A DNA stretch of 64,000 nucleotides from an uncultured bacterium (GTDB lineage: Bacteria > Patescibacteriota > Minisyncoccia > Phycocordibacterales > Phycocordibacteraceae). Made by a program: the position numbers and the translations under genes. Numbering within the stretch: position 1 is the first letter of the stretch; each line of letters begins with the position of its first letter. The stretch lies in the NCBI GenBank assembly GCA_963759775.1, contig CAVXAH010000001.1, positions 336,682 through 400,681 on the forward strand, written 5' to 3'. The notes under the pieces were generated by a model. It had not been told where the DNA came from, did not search any database, and saw only the letters and a program-made list of their open reading frames with translations. This document shows positions 27,690 to 35,938 of the stretch, piece after piece.

Positions 27690-28163
27690 TTAGTTTGCGT
27701 TTGGTTTTGCGCCGCCGCCGACCTCGCGTTCGTGGTTTTGCACATCAAGCGACCAGGCAAGTTCTGAGAGTTTTCCACTCGTGAGGCGCGGTTCGGCACG
27801 AGACGTTGGCTCTGCGGAGCGCATCTCATCTCTCACCTGCTGTGCGGTCTCCTCTTTTCCCGGCACATGCTTTTTCCAGAGGAAGAATTTAGAACCGATG
27901 TAGTAGTTGAAGCCAGCTTCAAGCATGGTAATGAGCGGCTTGCCGTTTATTTTGTAAAAAGCGAGAGAAATGCCGAGCGCGGCGACTGGTGCGGAACACA
28001 AAAACGCAAAAAGAATCGGAAGATATATGAAAAACGTTACGCACATGCCCGCACTGCCGGCAAGATAAATGAATTGCTTCAACGTGAGCGGTCCGACGAC
28101 CTTACTCTCTATCTCAATGAACTGCGGTACCTGATATTCCATTCCCCACAGTATAACAGCCAC
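27690..28163 (-). CDS. PrgI/Tn916-Orf17-like (VirB3-like) small membrane protein
   Basis: MEYQVPQFIEIESKVVGPLTLKQFIYL pattern followed by two TM helices, immediately upstream of the VirB4-like gene. Confidence 0.65.
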   Translation of the reverse strand: MAVILWGMEYQVPQFIEIESKVVGPLTLKQFIYLAGSAGMCVTFFIYLPILFAFLCSAPVAALGISLAFYKINGKPLITMLEAGFNYYIGSKFFLWKKHVPGKEETAQQVRDEMRSAEPTSRAEPRLTSGKLSELAWSLDVQNHEREVGGGAKPNAN

Positions 28164-28282
28164 TTCTTGCGAAAAACGGTCTTTTATTCACTAGTGTTGA
28201 GTTCCACGAGGCACGGACAGGGAGTGAAACGGCGTATAAGGTGTCGTACGCATGAAAAACGTAGGTTGGTATACTTCACCGT

Positions 28283-29179
28283 ATGAACGTAGAAGTGGCT
28301 AAGCGACAATTTTTGGAATACATCGAGATAGAGCGCGGCCGCGCGGTGAAGACCGTGGAAAACTACGACCACTACCTCACTCGTTTTTTCGCGCAAACGA
28401 ACATTAAAGATACGAAAGACATCACAGAAGAGGGTATCCGCGAGTTTCGTTTGTGGCTGAACCGCCAAGAAGGAGTTGATGGCTCAATGAAACGCCGCAC
28501 GCAAAACTACTATTTGATTGCGCTCCGGGCATTTCTCAAATTCCTTCGCAAGCGTGAAATAGAATGTATCTCGCCAGAACGTATTGAGCTTGCAAAGGTC
28601 TCGGAGCGCTCGCTTGATCTCATTTCAAGCACGGAGCTTGAGCGTTTGCTGAAAGCAGCAGAAGGTGCGGACGAAAAAACACTTCGCGACAAGGCCATTT
28701 TGGAACTTCTCTTTTCAACAGGTCTTCGTGTCTCGGAGCTCTGCTCGCTTGATTCGGATCTAGACATCACCCGCGACGAATTTTCCGTCCGTGGCAAAGG
28801 AGACAAAGTGCGCGTCGTCTTTCTCTCCCCTGCCGCAAAACAAGCGGTCGCCGCGTATATGAAAGTCCGCAAAGATATGGGTGAAGCACTCTTTGTAAAC
28901 ACTGCAAAAAACCGTGAGCGCGGTGAGCGGCTCACTCCCCGCTCCATCCAGCATTTGATAAAGAGGTACGCCGCTAAAGCAGGTATTACAAAAAAAGTCA
29001 CCCCGCATGTACTCCGCCACTCTTTCGCCACCGACCTCCTTTCAAACGGCGCTGACATCCGCTCGGTCCAACAACTCCTCGGTCACGCCTCTATAAACAC
29101 GACGCAAATCTACACGCACGTGACCGACTCCCACCTCCGCGACATTCATAAGAAATTCCACTCAAAGGGCCGCTCATAA
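28283..29179 (+). CDS. Tyrosine site-specific recombinase, XerC/XerD-like
   Basis: C-terminal catalytic pattern HVLRHSFATDLLSNGADIRSVQQLLGHASINTTQIYTHV; TATACT box 7 nt upstream of ATG. Confidence 0.85.
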   Translation: MNVEVAKRQFLEYIEIERGRAVKTVENYDHYLTRFFAQTNIKDTKDITEEGIREFRLWLNRQEGVDGSMKRRTQNYYLIALRAFLKFLRKREIECISPERIELAKVSERSLDLISSTELERLLKAAEGADEKTLRDKAILELLFSTGLRVSELCSLDSDLDITRDEFSVRGKGDKVRVVFLSPAAKQAVAAYMKVRKDMGEALFVNTAKNRERGERLTPRSIQHLIKRYAAKAGITKKVTPHVLRHSFATDLLSNGADIRSVQQLLGHASINTTQIYTHVTDSHLRDIHKKFHSKGRS

Positions 29180-29187
29180 AAACAAAA

Positions 29188-29220
29188 CCGCCCGAACAGA
29201 GACAATTTCTGTTGGGGCGG
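29188..29220. terminator. Hairpin between xer-like gene and convergent small ORF
   Basis: CCGCCCGAACAGA ... TCTGTTGGGGCGG 13-bp stem (1 mismatch), A-run on the + side gives a T-run for the minus transcript. Confidence 0.5.
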
Positions 29221-29235
29221 CTAGATGCCGGAATA

Positions 29236-29442
29236 TTAGGCAACTGTCCGGCGACTGCGTCGTATATTTGCCCATGCGGCACGCTGCTCGTTTCGGATTC
29301 TTTCGATGGCGGGAGCTACGCGCTTCTGAATATCTTGCATTGCTAGACAAGATTCTTCTTCGGTCAGGGTGTACTCTTTGCAATTGCCCATCGTGACCTC
29401 GAGTATGATTTCCCCGAGGGTTCGCACTCGTTGCGTAGCCAT
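29236..29442 (-). CDS. Small hypothetical protein (68 aa)
   Basis: ORF preceded by a canonical AAGGAG 5 nt upstream of ATG and followed by a terminator hairpin. Confidence 0.5.
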   Translation of the reverse strand: MATQRVRTLGEIILEVTMGNCKEYTLTEEESCLAMQDIQKRVAPAIERIRNEQRAAWANIRRSRRTVA

Positions 29443-29523
29443 ACGGCTCCTTATTTAGGATGTCCAAATTAACCCTATCAAAGATTTCGTAGTTGCACTA
29501 ACTACGTACGATACAATGTGCGC

Positions 29524-30288
29524 ATGCGAATCATCTCCTGGAACGTAAATGGCCTGCGGTCACTTGGGAAAAATGGCCTATGGGAGGCATTTTTGAAAAG
29601 CGCAAAGCCGGATATTTTTTGTTTGCAGGAAACAAAAGCAAATCCGGAACAGCTTCCGGATAATCTACGTGAGGTCGGAGGGTTTTCGTCTTTTTTCTCT
29701 TCCTGCAAAATCAAAAAAGGTTATAGCGGTGTCGCGCTCTACTCAAAAATAGAACCACTCTCGGTTATATACGGAATGGGGATACCGGAATTTGATGACG
29801 AAGGAAGATTTATTGGTGCAGAGTACGAAGACTTCTGGCTTTTGAATGTGTATTTCCCCAACGGCGGCCAAGGTCCACATCGGCTTGACTACAAACTCCG
29901 TTTTTATGATGCCTTCCTCTCTTTTGCCGAAAAATTACGAAAACAAAAGCCCGTTATTTTTTGCGGGGACGTAAACACGGCGCACGAAGAAATTGACCTC
30001 GCTCGCCCCAAAGAAAACCAGGAAACCACAGGGTTTTTACCGGAAGAGCGCGCTTGGATTGATGAAATTGTGGCCGCAGGGTATGTGGATATCTATAGGC
30101 AGAGTAATCCACACCGCACCGGAGCCTACACCTATTGGGATTTGATGACGCGTGCGCGCGACCGGAATGTCGGCTGGCGCATTGACTACTTTTTTGTTTC
30201 CCCAGAGCTCGTGAAGCGCATTAAAAAAGCAGAAATCTTTCCGGACATTTACGGCTCCGACCACTGCCCTGTTTCCGTAACCCTTTGA
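29524..30288 (+). CDS. xthA: Exodeoxyribonuclease III (AP endonuclease)
   Basis: MRIISWNVNGLRS, CLQETK, GDVNTAHEEIDL, SDHCPV motifs. Confidence 0.9.
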   Translation: MRIISWNVNGLRSLGKNGLWEAFLKSAKPDIFCLQETKANPEQLPDNLREVGGFSSFFSSCKIKKGYSGVALYSKIEPLSVIYGMGIPEFDDEGRFIGAEYEDFWLLNVYFPNGGQGPHRLDYKLRFYDAFLSFAEKLRKQKPVIFCGDVNTAHEEIDLARPKENQETTGFLPEERAWIDEIVAAGYVDIYRQSNPHRTGAYTYWDLMTRARDRNVGWRIDYFFVSPELVKRIKKAEIFPDIYGSDHCPVSVTL

Positions 30289-30623
30289 GAGCGTTCTATC
30301 GGACACGTTGTCCACAGTCTGTCCTTTACATTGTCCTTTATATCTATAGTATTCATAAAGGACGGTAGCTCCTTGTGTGTTCTTTCTCATCAGAGCGTTT
30401 CGTGCGCTCCCTGCCTACGGTCTCGCGGCGATCCGCGTTTATTTCTAGGGTATGGGTTTCGCGTGAAAACGCCAACAATCTTAAGAGCCCCGCTTTTCTC
30501 CTGGAGGCCACCAATCAATGCCCGCTCCTTTTCGGTCTCCGAACAAGGGGCTCTTTTGTTTCCCGTGTAACAAAATGTTGGCTCGCACCCGCATTCCTGC
30601 GGAAGGGCGAAAACTGCTCCAGC

Positions 30624-30660
30624 GCAGAACCTGTGAAGGTCTGACCTTCACAGGTTCTGC
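30624..30660. terminator. 17-bp perfect hairpin downstream of cca
   Basis: GCAGAACCTGTGAAGGT-CTG-ACCTTCACAGGTTCTGC, 22 nt beyond the cca stop on the minus strand. Confidence 0.6.
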
Positions 30661-30681
30661 TAAACGTTTCGCGTGCAACAG

Positions 30682-32146
30682 CTAGCAAACGTGGTGCCTT
30701 TCCATTATTTTTTGGATTTCTTCGTCTTCCCTTTCCTCACGCTTCTTTTTTCCTGATTCACCAAGCGTTTTAAGCTCAGACTCCGGCATTTCGAGCAGCT
30801 CAGATGTCCTTTTATCAAGGTATTCCTCAGTATTTAGCTTTGGATCCTCAAGGACTTCCTCAAGAAGAGCGTTCAAAGTCCACCCTATCTTGGGTCCTGG
30901 TTTCGCGTGAAACTTCTCCATAATTCGGCTACCATCGGTCTTTAGCATCCCGACAGATATAGGGTCGCGAAGCGCTTGATCTACCATCGCCATATACTTT
31001 CTAAGCCTAAAAGGCTGCTCTTTTGGCCTTCCCGTACCTATACGGTCACATACCCGGAGATTGAGCAGGTCCATAATATTTTCCTGACCGACGTTCGTAA
31101 TGACCCGGCGGACCGCCGACAGAGTTACTACTTCAGGATCAGAGAAGAACATGTGCCAACGAACCAGTTTGGAGGTCTTCTCTATTGTTTCACGTGAAAA
31201 TCGGAGATCCTCTAGTGCCTTCCGTGTTACACGTGAACCCACTACGTCATGGCCATGGAAAGTCCAGTCTTTCTTCTCGTCAGACCACCGTCTTGTTTCA
31301 GGCTTAGATACGTCATGAAATAGCGCTGCCAGGCGTATATCAAAGGCCCAGTTCTTATCGGCAGCGTGTTGCATGCTTCGCATAAGGTGCCCAAAGACGT
31401 CGTACGAGTGAGCCTGGTTCTGGTCAACGCCAATACCGCGAGTCAGATCCGGAGCAATAAACTGCAAAAGATCGAGCTGCTGTGCGAGTACGAGCGCCAG
31501 CCATTGGCTGAGTGGACATGAGTATTCTAATAAGCTCATCCCGTACTCTTTCACGTGAAACATGGCCTAAATGCTTGCTATTTTCCTTAATAGCAGCAGC
31601 GGTTTCTGAGTCTATGGCAAACTCAAGCTCAGCAACCAATCGGACAGCACGCATCATGCGAAGCGCGTCTTCACTGAACCTATCCGATGCATTTCCAACC
31701 GCACGAAGCACTTTGTCCTTGATATCTTTTTGTCCTTTAAATGGATCAACAAGATGTCCTTTAGATTCGTCGTACGCGATTGCGTTTACCGTGAAGTCGC
31801 GCCGTGCAAGATCGTCCTCAAGTGAGACTCCAAATTCAACTTTGTCGGGACGACGTTTGTCAGAGTAGCCAGATTCTTTTCTATACGGAGTTACTTCAAC
31901 AATTGCGAGAGTCGCATCCTCTCCGCCAGTTTTTATACCCACCGTTCCGTAGTCATTTTCGTAGAACGAATCAGTGAAAATAGCTTGTATTTCCTCAGGT
32001 TTTGCGTTTGTGGTAACATCCCAGTCTTTGGGCTTTTTGTTGAGGAGAAGATCGCGTACACAGCCACCGACAAGATAGGCTTCAAAACCTTTTAGACGGA
32101 GACCTTCGGTAATGAGAGTGATTTCACGTGGAACAAGATGCCGCAT
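30682..32146 (-). CDS. cca: CCA-adding enzyme (class II nucleotidyltransferase + HD domain), frameshifted as assembled
   Basis: N part 31424..32146 (GGCVRDLLL, DWDVTT motifs) and C part 30682..about 31500 (HD motif AALFHDVSKP) are collinear but in different frames; switch near 31488-31503. Confidence 0.75.
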
Positions 32147-32214
32147 TTGCGAATCGTAGCATATGAAGGATATATGCTCGTATCTTGGCTCGCTTGGTAG
32201 TACTATGCGAAGAC

Positions 32215-32286
32215 GCCCCTGTAGTGAAACGGATCTCACAACAGTCTTCGGAACTGTTATTCCGGGTTCGACTCCTGGCGGGGGCA
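32215..32286 (+). tRNA. tRNA-Arg(TCG), no encoded CCA
   Basis: Acceptor GCCCCTG/CGGGGGC, anticodon stem ACAGT/ACTGT loop CTTCGGA, T-arm CCGGG-TTCGACT-CCTGG; TACTAT box 8 nt upstream. Confidence 0.85.
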
Positions 32287-32343
32287 CAAGAAAAATTAAA
32301 AAGTGGAAAGGTAAGCGAAGCGCATGTTATGATTGCGCGCGTA

Positions 32344-32417
32344 GCGGGCATGGTTCAGTGGTAGAACGCGTCCTTGCCAAGGACGAGACGGGATTTCGAT
32401 TATCCCTGCCCGCACCA
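32344..32417 (+). tRNA. tRNA-Gly(GCC), the only tRNA here with genomically encoded CCA
   Basis: Acceptor GCGGGCA/TGCCCGC, anticodon loop TTGCCAA, T-loop TTCGATT, then A-CCA (32414-32417). Confidence 0.9.
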
Positions 32418-32426
32418 AAGAGGAAG

Positions 32427-32468
32427 AACGCAAAAACGGCTTCACAGAGCCGTTTTTGCGTTATTTTT
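32427..32468 (+). terminator. Intrinsic terminator after tRNA-Gly
   Basis: AACGCAAAAACGGCT ... AGCCGTTTTTGCGTT 15-bp stem followed by T-rich tract. Confidence 0.65.
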
Positions 32469-32595
32469 GAAGTGTGTCGGAAAGGGGATATCTCTGTGGA
32501 CACTGGGGATAAAGGACATTTTTGTGAATTCTGTGTATGTCCGAATAAAAACGAGTTTCTGTGCGCTATTCTTATTGGTCATGGAGGTACATTCA

Positions 32596-32976
32596 ATGAC
32601 GAAAAAGGAGGTCGGAGCCCTTGGGGAGGCAATCGCAGAGGAGTATTTGAAGCGACACGGCTTCAAAATTGAGGGAAGAAATGTAGCACGCAAGACCGGG
32701 GAGCTTGATCGTATAGCTTCAAAGGGCGATACGCTCCACTTCATTGAAGTAAAGACGATGGTTCGGGATGAATTCCCAAAAATGGATGACGCCGCGGACA
32801 ATTATGACCCATCAGTCAATTTGCACGAATATAAAATCAGAAAAGTGGCACGAACGGCAGAGTGGTATGTGGCCGAAAGGGATTGGGAAGGGGAGTGGCA
32901 GGTGGACGGCATCCTGGTGTGGATTCGTGGCAGAGACGGCATGGCTAAAGTTCGCTACCTGCCACAAATTGTGTGA
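32596..32976 (+). CDS. yraN: YraN family (UPF0102) endonuclease-like protein
   Basis: GEAIAEEYLKRHGFKI...GELDRIA...LHFIEVKT pattern; GGAGG 9 nt upstream of ATG 32596; longer ORF from 32374 rejected. Confidence 0.75.
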   Translation: MTKKEVGALGEAIAEEYLKRHGFKIEGRNVARKTGELDRIASKGDTLHFIEVKTMVRDEFPKMDDAADNYDPSVNLHEYKIRKVARTAEWYVAERDWEGEWQVDGILVWIRGRDGMAKVRYLPQIV

Positions 32977-33030
32977 ACCTGGTAGGATAGTGCGACATGT
33001 GCGGGGCATTCTCGCCCCGCCAGAAGATAC

Positions 33031-33101
33031 CGGGGCGTCGTATACCGGTAGTACGCTTGGTTTGGGACCAAGATGACCGGGTTCGATTCCCGGCGCCCCG
33101 A
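33031..33101 (+). tRNA. tRNA-Pro(TGG), no encoded CCA
   Basis: Acceptor CGGGGCG/CGCCCCG, anticodon stem CTTGG/CCAAG loop TTTGGGA, T-arm CCGGG-TTCGATT-CCCGG. Confidence 0.85.
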
Positions 33102-33107
33102 CAAAGT

Positions 33108-33136
33108 AAAACGTCCTGCCTAGAGCAGGACGTTTT
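33108..33136 (+). terminator. Intrinsic terminator after tRNA-Pro
   Basis: AAAACGTCCTGC-CTAGA-GCAGGACGTTTT. Confidence 0.65.
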
Positions 33137-33228
33137 ACGTAAGGAGGGCGAGAACGTTCTAGTTCAAGTTTTCCGTAATAAGGATTACTCCCTTCGCTTG
33201 CCTCGGACGAACGAATCAGATTCGTTCG

Positions 33229-34446
33229 TCACTCAGCTAGCTTGGTAGTGAGAATTGCTTCAAGTACCGGAATGCGCGGAGCAAAGTTTTCTATTGAGGT
33301 TTTTATCGGTTGTGTAAGAAAAGAATCAAGACTCTGTCCCGTTTCATTTGCAAAATCTCTGCGCATATACGAAGCGGTGATGGCGTTTATGTTGCGTGAG
33401 GAAAAATCTCCCTCGGTTGTGCTTGTCGTGATGGTTCCAATAAGTATGCCAAGCGTGTTTATAATTCCCCCACCGGAAGAACCTTCTTGTGCGGCCTCTG
33501 ATCCGCCAAGTGAAATTACATCCACACTCGTTTTTTCAAACGTAAACAATTTCTTTATAGATCCCGCCACAATGGTTGCATAAAGCGATGAATCTATCTG
33601 GTCTGCGTCGAGAAGTTGAGCAGGGTATGCGCCGATAGTGATTTCATCACTGGCCTTGGGCGCGAGTTTTGCAAGCGGCACAAAGGAGAACCCGCTGGGA
33701 AGCGGATCCCGCGTAAGGCTCCCCGTGACGGCAAGAAGGGCAAAATCATGCTCACCCGTTCCCGAAGGAGTCTCAGCAAGAAGTATGTCCGCATTCGCCT
33801 TTACCCAGGCGCTGGAAACGAAAATGGGCGCAGCCGTATATGCGGTTTTTGCAGGGCTTCCCGTACGTATTTTGCAAGTGACGCCTAGGTCTGCGAGAAG
33901 AAAATGCTGAGCAATGTGTGAGTTAGTGAGAATAATGCCTTTGTGGTCTATCATCACCCCGCTTCCCGAAGTGGAGTGCACACCTGCACTTTTTGGGGCG
34001 AAGCAGATGATATTGACGAGGGCAAGACGCAGGTTTGCGGCAACATTGTTAAGTGGTGGCTCAACCGTTGTAACGGTTGCAACCACGGTCGTAGTTGAAA
34101 TCGGTGGGGGAGTCGGAGCTGGTCCTGGAGGTGGTTGAGGCGAAGCGGGTTTTGGCTCCGGCTTCGGAGTCGTGTTTGTTGGAGTTTTTTCGGTTGAGGT
34201 AGCGGGCGTGGGAGCCACAATCGGCTCCACAAAAAGAGGAAGGGTTGGAAGAACTGGAGGCAGGGAGGCGGGAACGACGGCGAGCGAGGTGGTTGCGACT
34301 GGTTCTGCGACCGAGACACTTTTCGTTTCAGGACCGTTGTGTACGAGAATGGTAAGTGTACCGACAGCAAACACAACCGCGAGGAACTTGAGGTAGAAAA
34401 AGGGGGACACGTATAGAACGGTAGCGCAAAACGAGCAAAAAGACAC
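33229..34446 (-). CDS. Membrane-anchored trypsin-like serine protease (S1 family)
   Basis: N-terminal TM, Pro/Thr-rich linker, GSGVMIDHKGIILTNSHI (His region) and GSSGGGIIN (Ser region); start codon uncertain (GTG 34446 or internal GTG). Confidence 0.75.
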   Translation of the reverse strand: MSFCSFCATVLYVSPFFYLKFLAVVFAVGTLTILVHNGPETKSVSVAEPVATTSLAVVPASLPPVLPTLPLFVEPIVAPTPATSTEKTPTNTTPKPEPKPASPQPPPGPAPTPPPISTTTVVATVTTVEPPLNNVAANLRLALVNIICFAPKSAGVHSTSGSGVMIDHKGIILTNSHIAQHFLLADLGVTCKIRTGSPAKTAYTAAPIFVSSAWVKANADILLAETPSGTGEHDFALLAVTGSLTRDPLPSGFSFVPLAKLAPKASDEITIGAYPAQLLDADQIDSSLYATIVAGSIKKLFTFEKTSVDVISLGGSEAAQEGSSGGGIINTLGILIGTITTSTTEGDFSSRNINAITASYMRRDFANETGQSLDSFLTQPIKTSIENFAPRIPVLEAILTTKLAE

Positions 34447-34490
34447 GTGGGCGGCAGGAGCCGCCCACGTGTGGTATTCTCGCTCCTACA

Positions 34491-34561
34491 GCGGGATTAG
34501 TTTAATGGTAAAACATCAGTTTTCCAAACTGATGACACCGGTTCGATTCCGGTATCCCGCA
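34491..34561 (+). tRNA. tRNA-Gly(TCC), no encoded CCA
   Basis: Acceptor GCGGGAT/ATCCCGC, anticodon stem TCAGT/ACTGA loop TTTCCAA, T-arm ACCGG-TTCGATT-CCGGT. Confidence 0.9.
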
Positions 34562-34644
34562 CAAATAAAAGGTTCGGCCAGTCTCTTGCTATTTTAATTT
34601 TTGCGTGTTATTATAAAGGTCAAAGTTCTTTGGGAGTAACAGTC

Positions 34645-35178
34645 ATGAATCGGTTGACGCTATTGCGGTTGCTTGATGAGAGGCGCAAGAAGCATGAAGC
34701 AATGGTCAGCAACGGCCATGAAGCAATGATTCCTTCCGTAAAAGCGGACGAACTTCTCATCAATCGGGTGAGGGAAATGCCAAACTACGTTCCCGGCTTC
34801 TGCGCCATCTGTGAAGGAGAACTTCTTGATCAGCGTGTTCGCGGACTGGCTATAGACTGTGTGCCTTGCGTTGAGGGAACCGACAGCGAGCAGCATATGC
34901 TGCTTCCTGAGCGGCGTCGAAGCCTTGTCGCGGAATTCGTTCGCGAAAGCAACCCTGCACGAGCACAACGTTTGTGGTCTCTGATTATTGATGATTACAT
35001 CAAACGCGTCGGTACAGAAGATCTCGCAGCTCGGTGGGGGAAACTTTCCTTCGCTGAGCAAGAGACAATCGTTTTTGCCGAGATTCCAGAGATTTCTTAC
35101 GGAGTTCTTCGGCAGAGTATCCACCGCGACGTTGAGGAGGCACTCTCTCGTATCACGCCGATAGAGGCACCCAGCTAA
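34645..35178 (+). CDS. Hypothetical protein with CxxC...CxxC zinc-ribbon-like pair
   Basis: ORF 34630..35178, ATG at 34645; CAICEGE and CVPCVEG; no family recognised. Confidence 0.45.
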   Translation: MNRLTLLRLLDERRKKHEAMVSNGHEAMIPSVKADELLINRVREMPNYVPGFCAICEGELLDQRVRGLAIDCVPCVEGTDSEQHMLLPERRRSLVAEFVRESNPARAQRLWSLIIDDYIKRVGTEDLAARWGKLSFAEQETIVFAEIPEISYGVLRQSIHRDVEEALSRITPIEAPS

Positions 35179-35185
35179 ACAATCA

Positions 35186-35887
35186 CTATTGCAGCGTTCC
35201 TCCCGGGACGCTGTTTTCTTTTTCATCTCCTCGGTGCGGGAAAATCGCTCGATAAATGTGTGAGGGAGAAACCTTGTCAGTACCCGCCTCCCTTTCTTCC
35301 TCAGTGAGAAGGTTTTCAGGAAACATGGTTCGCGGCGCGCGAATGAGCACGAACCCAATATCTTCGGGAATAACCTCTCCTTCAACAGCAACGACAGCGG
35401 GAACCGCCCGCAGGTCTCCCTCACGCCTGGCAACAGTGCCTATCGAAACAGCTTCCCGCGGAAATCCGTAGACAACCGAGAACCCTTTTCCATGATGGCC
35501 CCATCCGAAGGCGGCCTCAATACCTTCCTTGGAAGCGACACAAGCATTTCCATCCTCAGATTTCTTAATTGCAATCGGTGCGTGCTCAAAAAGAGCATTG
35601 ATGAGCGCATCAGGATTCTCATTACGGACCAGAAATCCTGGTCGAGTAAGACGACCCCATGGTGGATCGATGGGAGCAACGCGAAAACCAGCACGTTCGC
35701 TCTCTTTGAGAAAATCACGGACAAGGTGCTCCACCGCCTCTTTTGCTTCTGTGGCGATACTGCGCGCCTCGCTCTTTGCTCCTCTCGTCTTGGCTAATGC
35801 TCGAATCTCTTCCCATATCTCTTTAAGATTTTCCGCCGGGGGAGGTGGAGGTTCTTTCGGATAGGTATAGTGCATAGACTCTTTCAT
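35186..35887 (-). CDS. Hypothetical protein
   Basis: ORF 35186..35950 trimmed to ATG 35887 because the hup terminator lies at 35911-35938; no motif recognised. Confidence 0.45.
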   Translation of the reverse strand: MKESMHYTYPKEPPPPPAENLKEIWEEIRALAKTRGAKSEARSIATEAKEAVEHLVRDFLKESERAGFRVAPIDPPWGRLTRPGFLVRNENPDALINALFEHAPIAIKKSEDGNACVASKEGIEAAFGWGHHGKGFSVVYGFPREAVSIGTVARREGDLRAVPAVVAVEGEVIPEDIGFVLIRAPRTMFPENLLTEEEREAGTDKVSPSHIYRAIFPHRGDEKENSVPGGTLQ

Positions 35888-35910
35888 AGCCTTAACTATA
35901 ACCTGCAAAT

Positions 35911-35938
35911 AAAAAAGCCGCCTAGGGGCGGCTTTTTT
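35911..35938. terminator. Intrinsic terminator after hup
   Basis: A6-GCCGCC-TAGG-GGCGGC-T6. Confidence 0.7.

Noticed and set aside
28283-29179. Interpreting the tyrosine recombinase as the integrase of an ICE comprising the T4SS block.
   Set aside because: The catalytic region looks like housekeeping XerC/XerD. No att-like direct repeats or tRNA target flank the block. The idea cannot be supported from sequence alone.
30445-30457. Shared 12-13-mers. Examples are GTTTCGCGTGAAA (30445 and 30899), CTGCTTCGTTAC (37876 and 41159) and GGTAGGTGGTAG (6268 and 38121, inverted).
   Set aside because: Roughly 100 chance 13-mer matches are expected in 64 kb when both strands are compared. There is no supporting context.
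31424-32287. N-terminal 47 codons of the cca ORF (MPPPGVEPGITVPK...).
   Set aside because: This stretch is the reverse translation of tRNA-Arg (32215-32286). The conserved CCA-enzyme N-terminus starts at ATG 32146.
34660-35433. 257-aa minus-strand ORF overlapping two hypothetical genes.
   Set aside because: Its Cys/Arg/Phe-rich, low-complexity composition is not protein-like. It spans the convergent junction of two better-looking ORFs.
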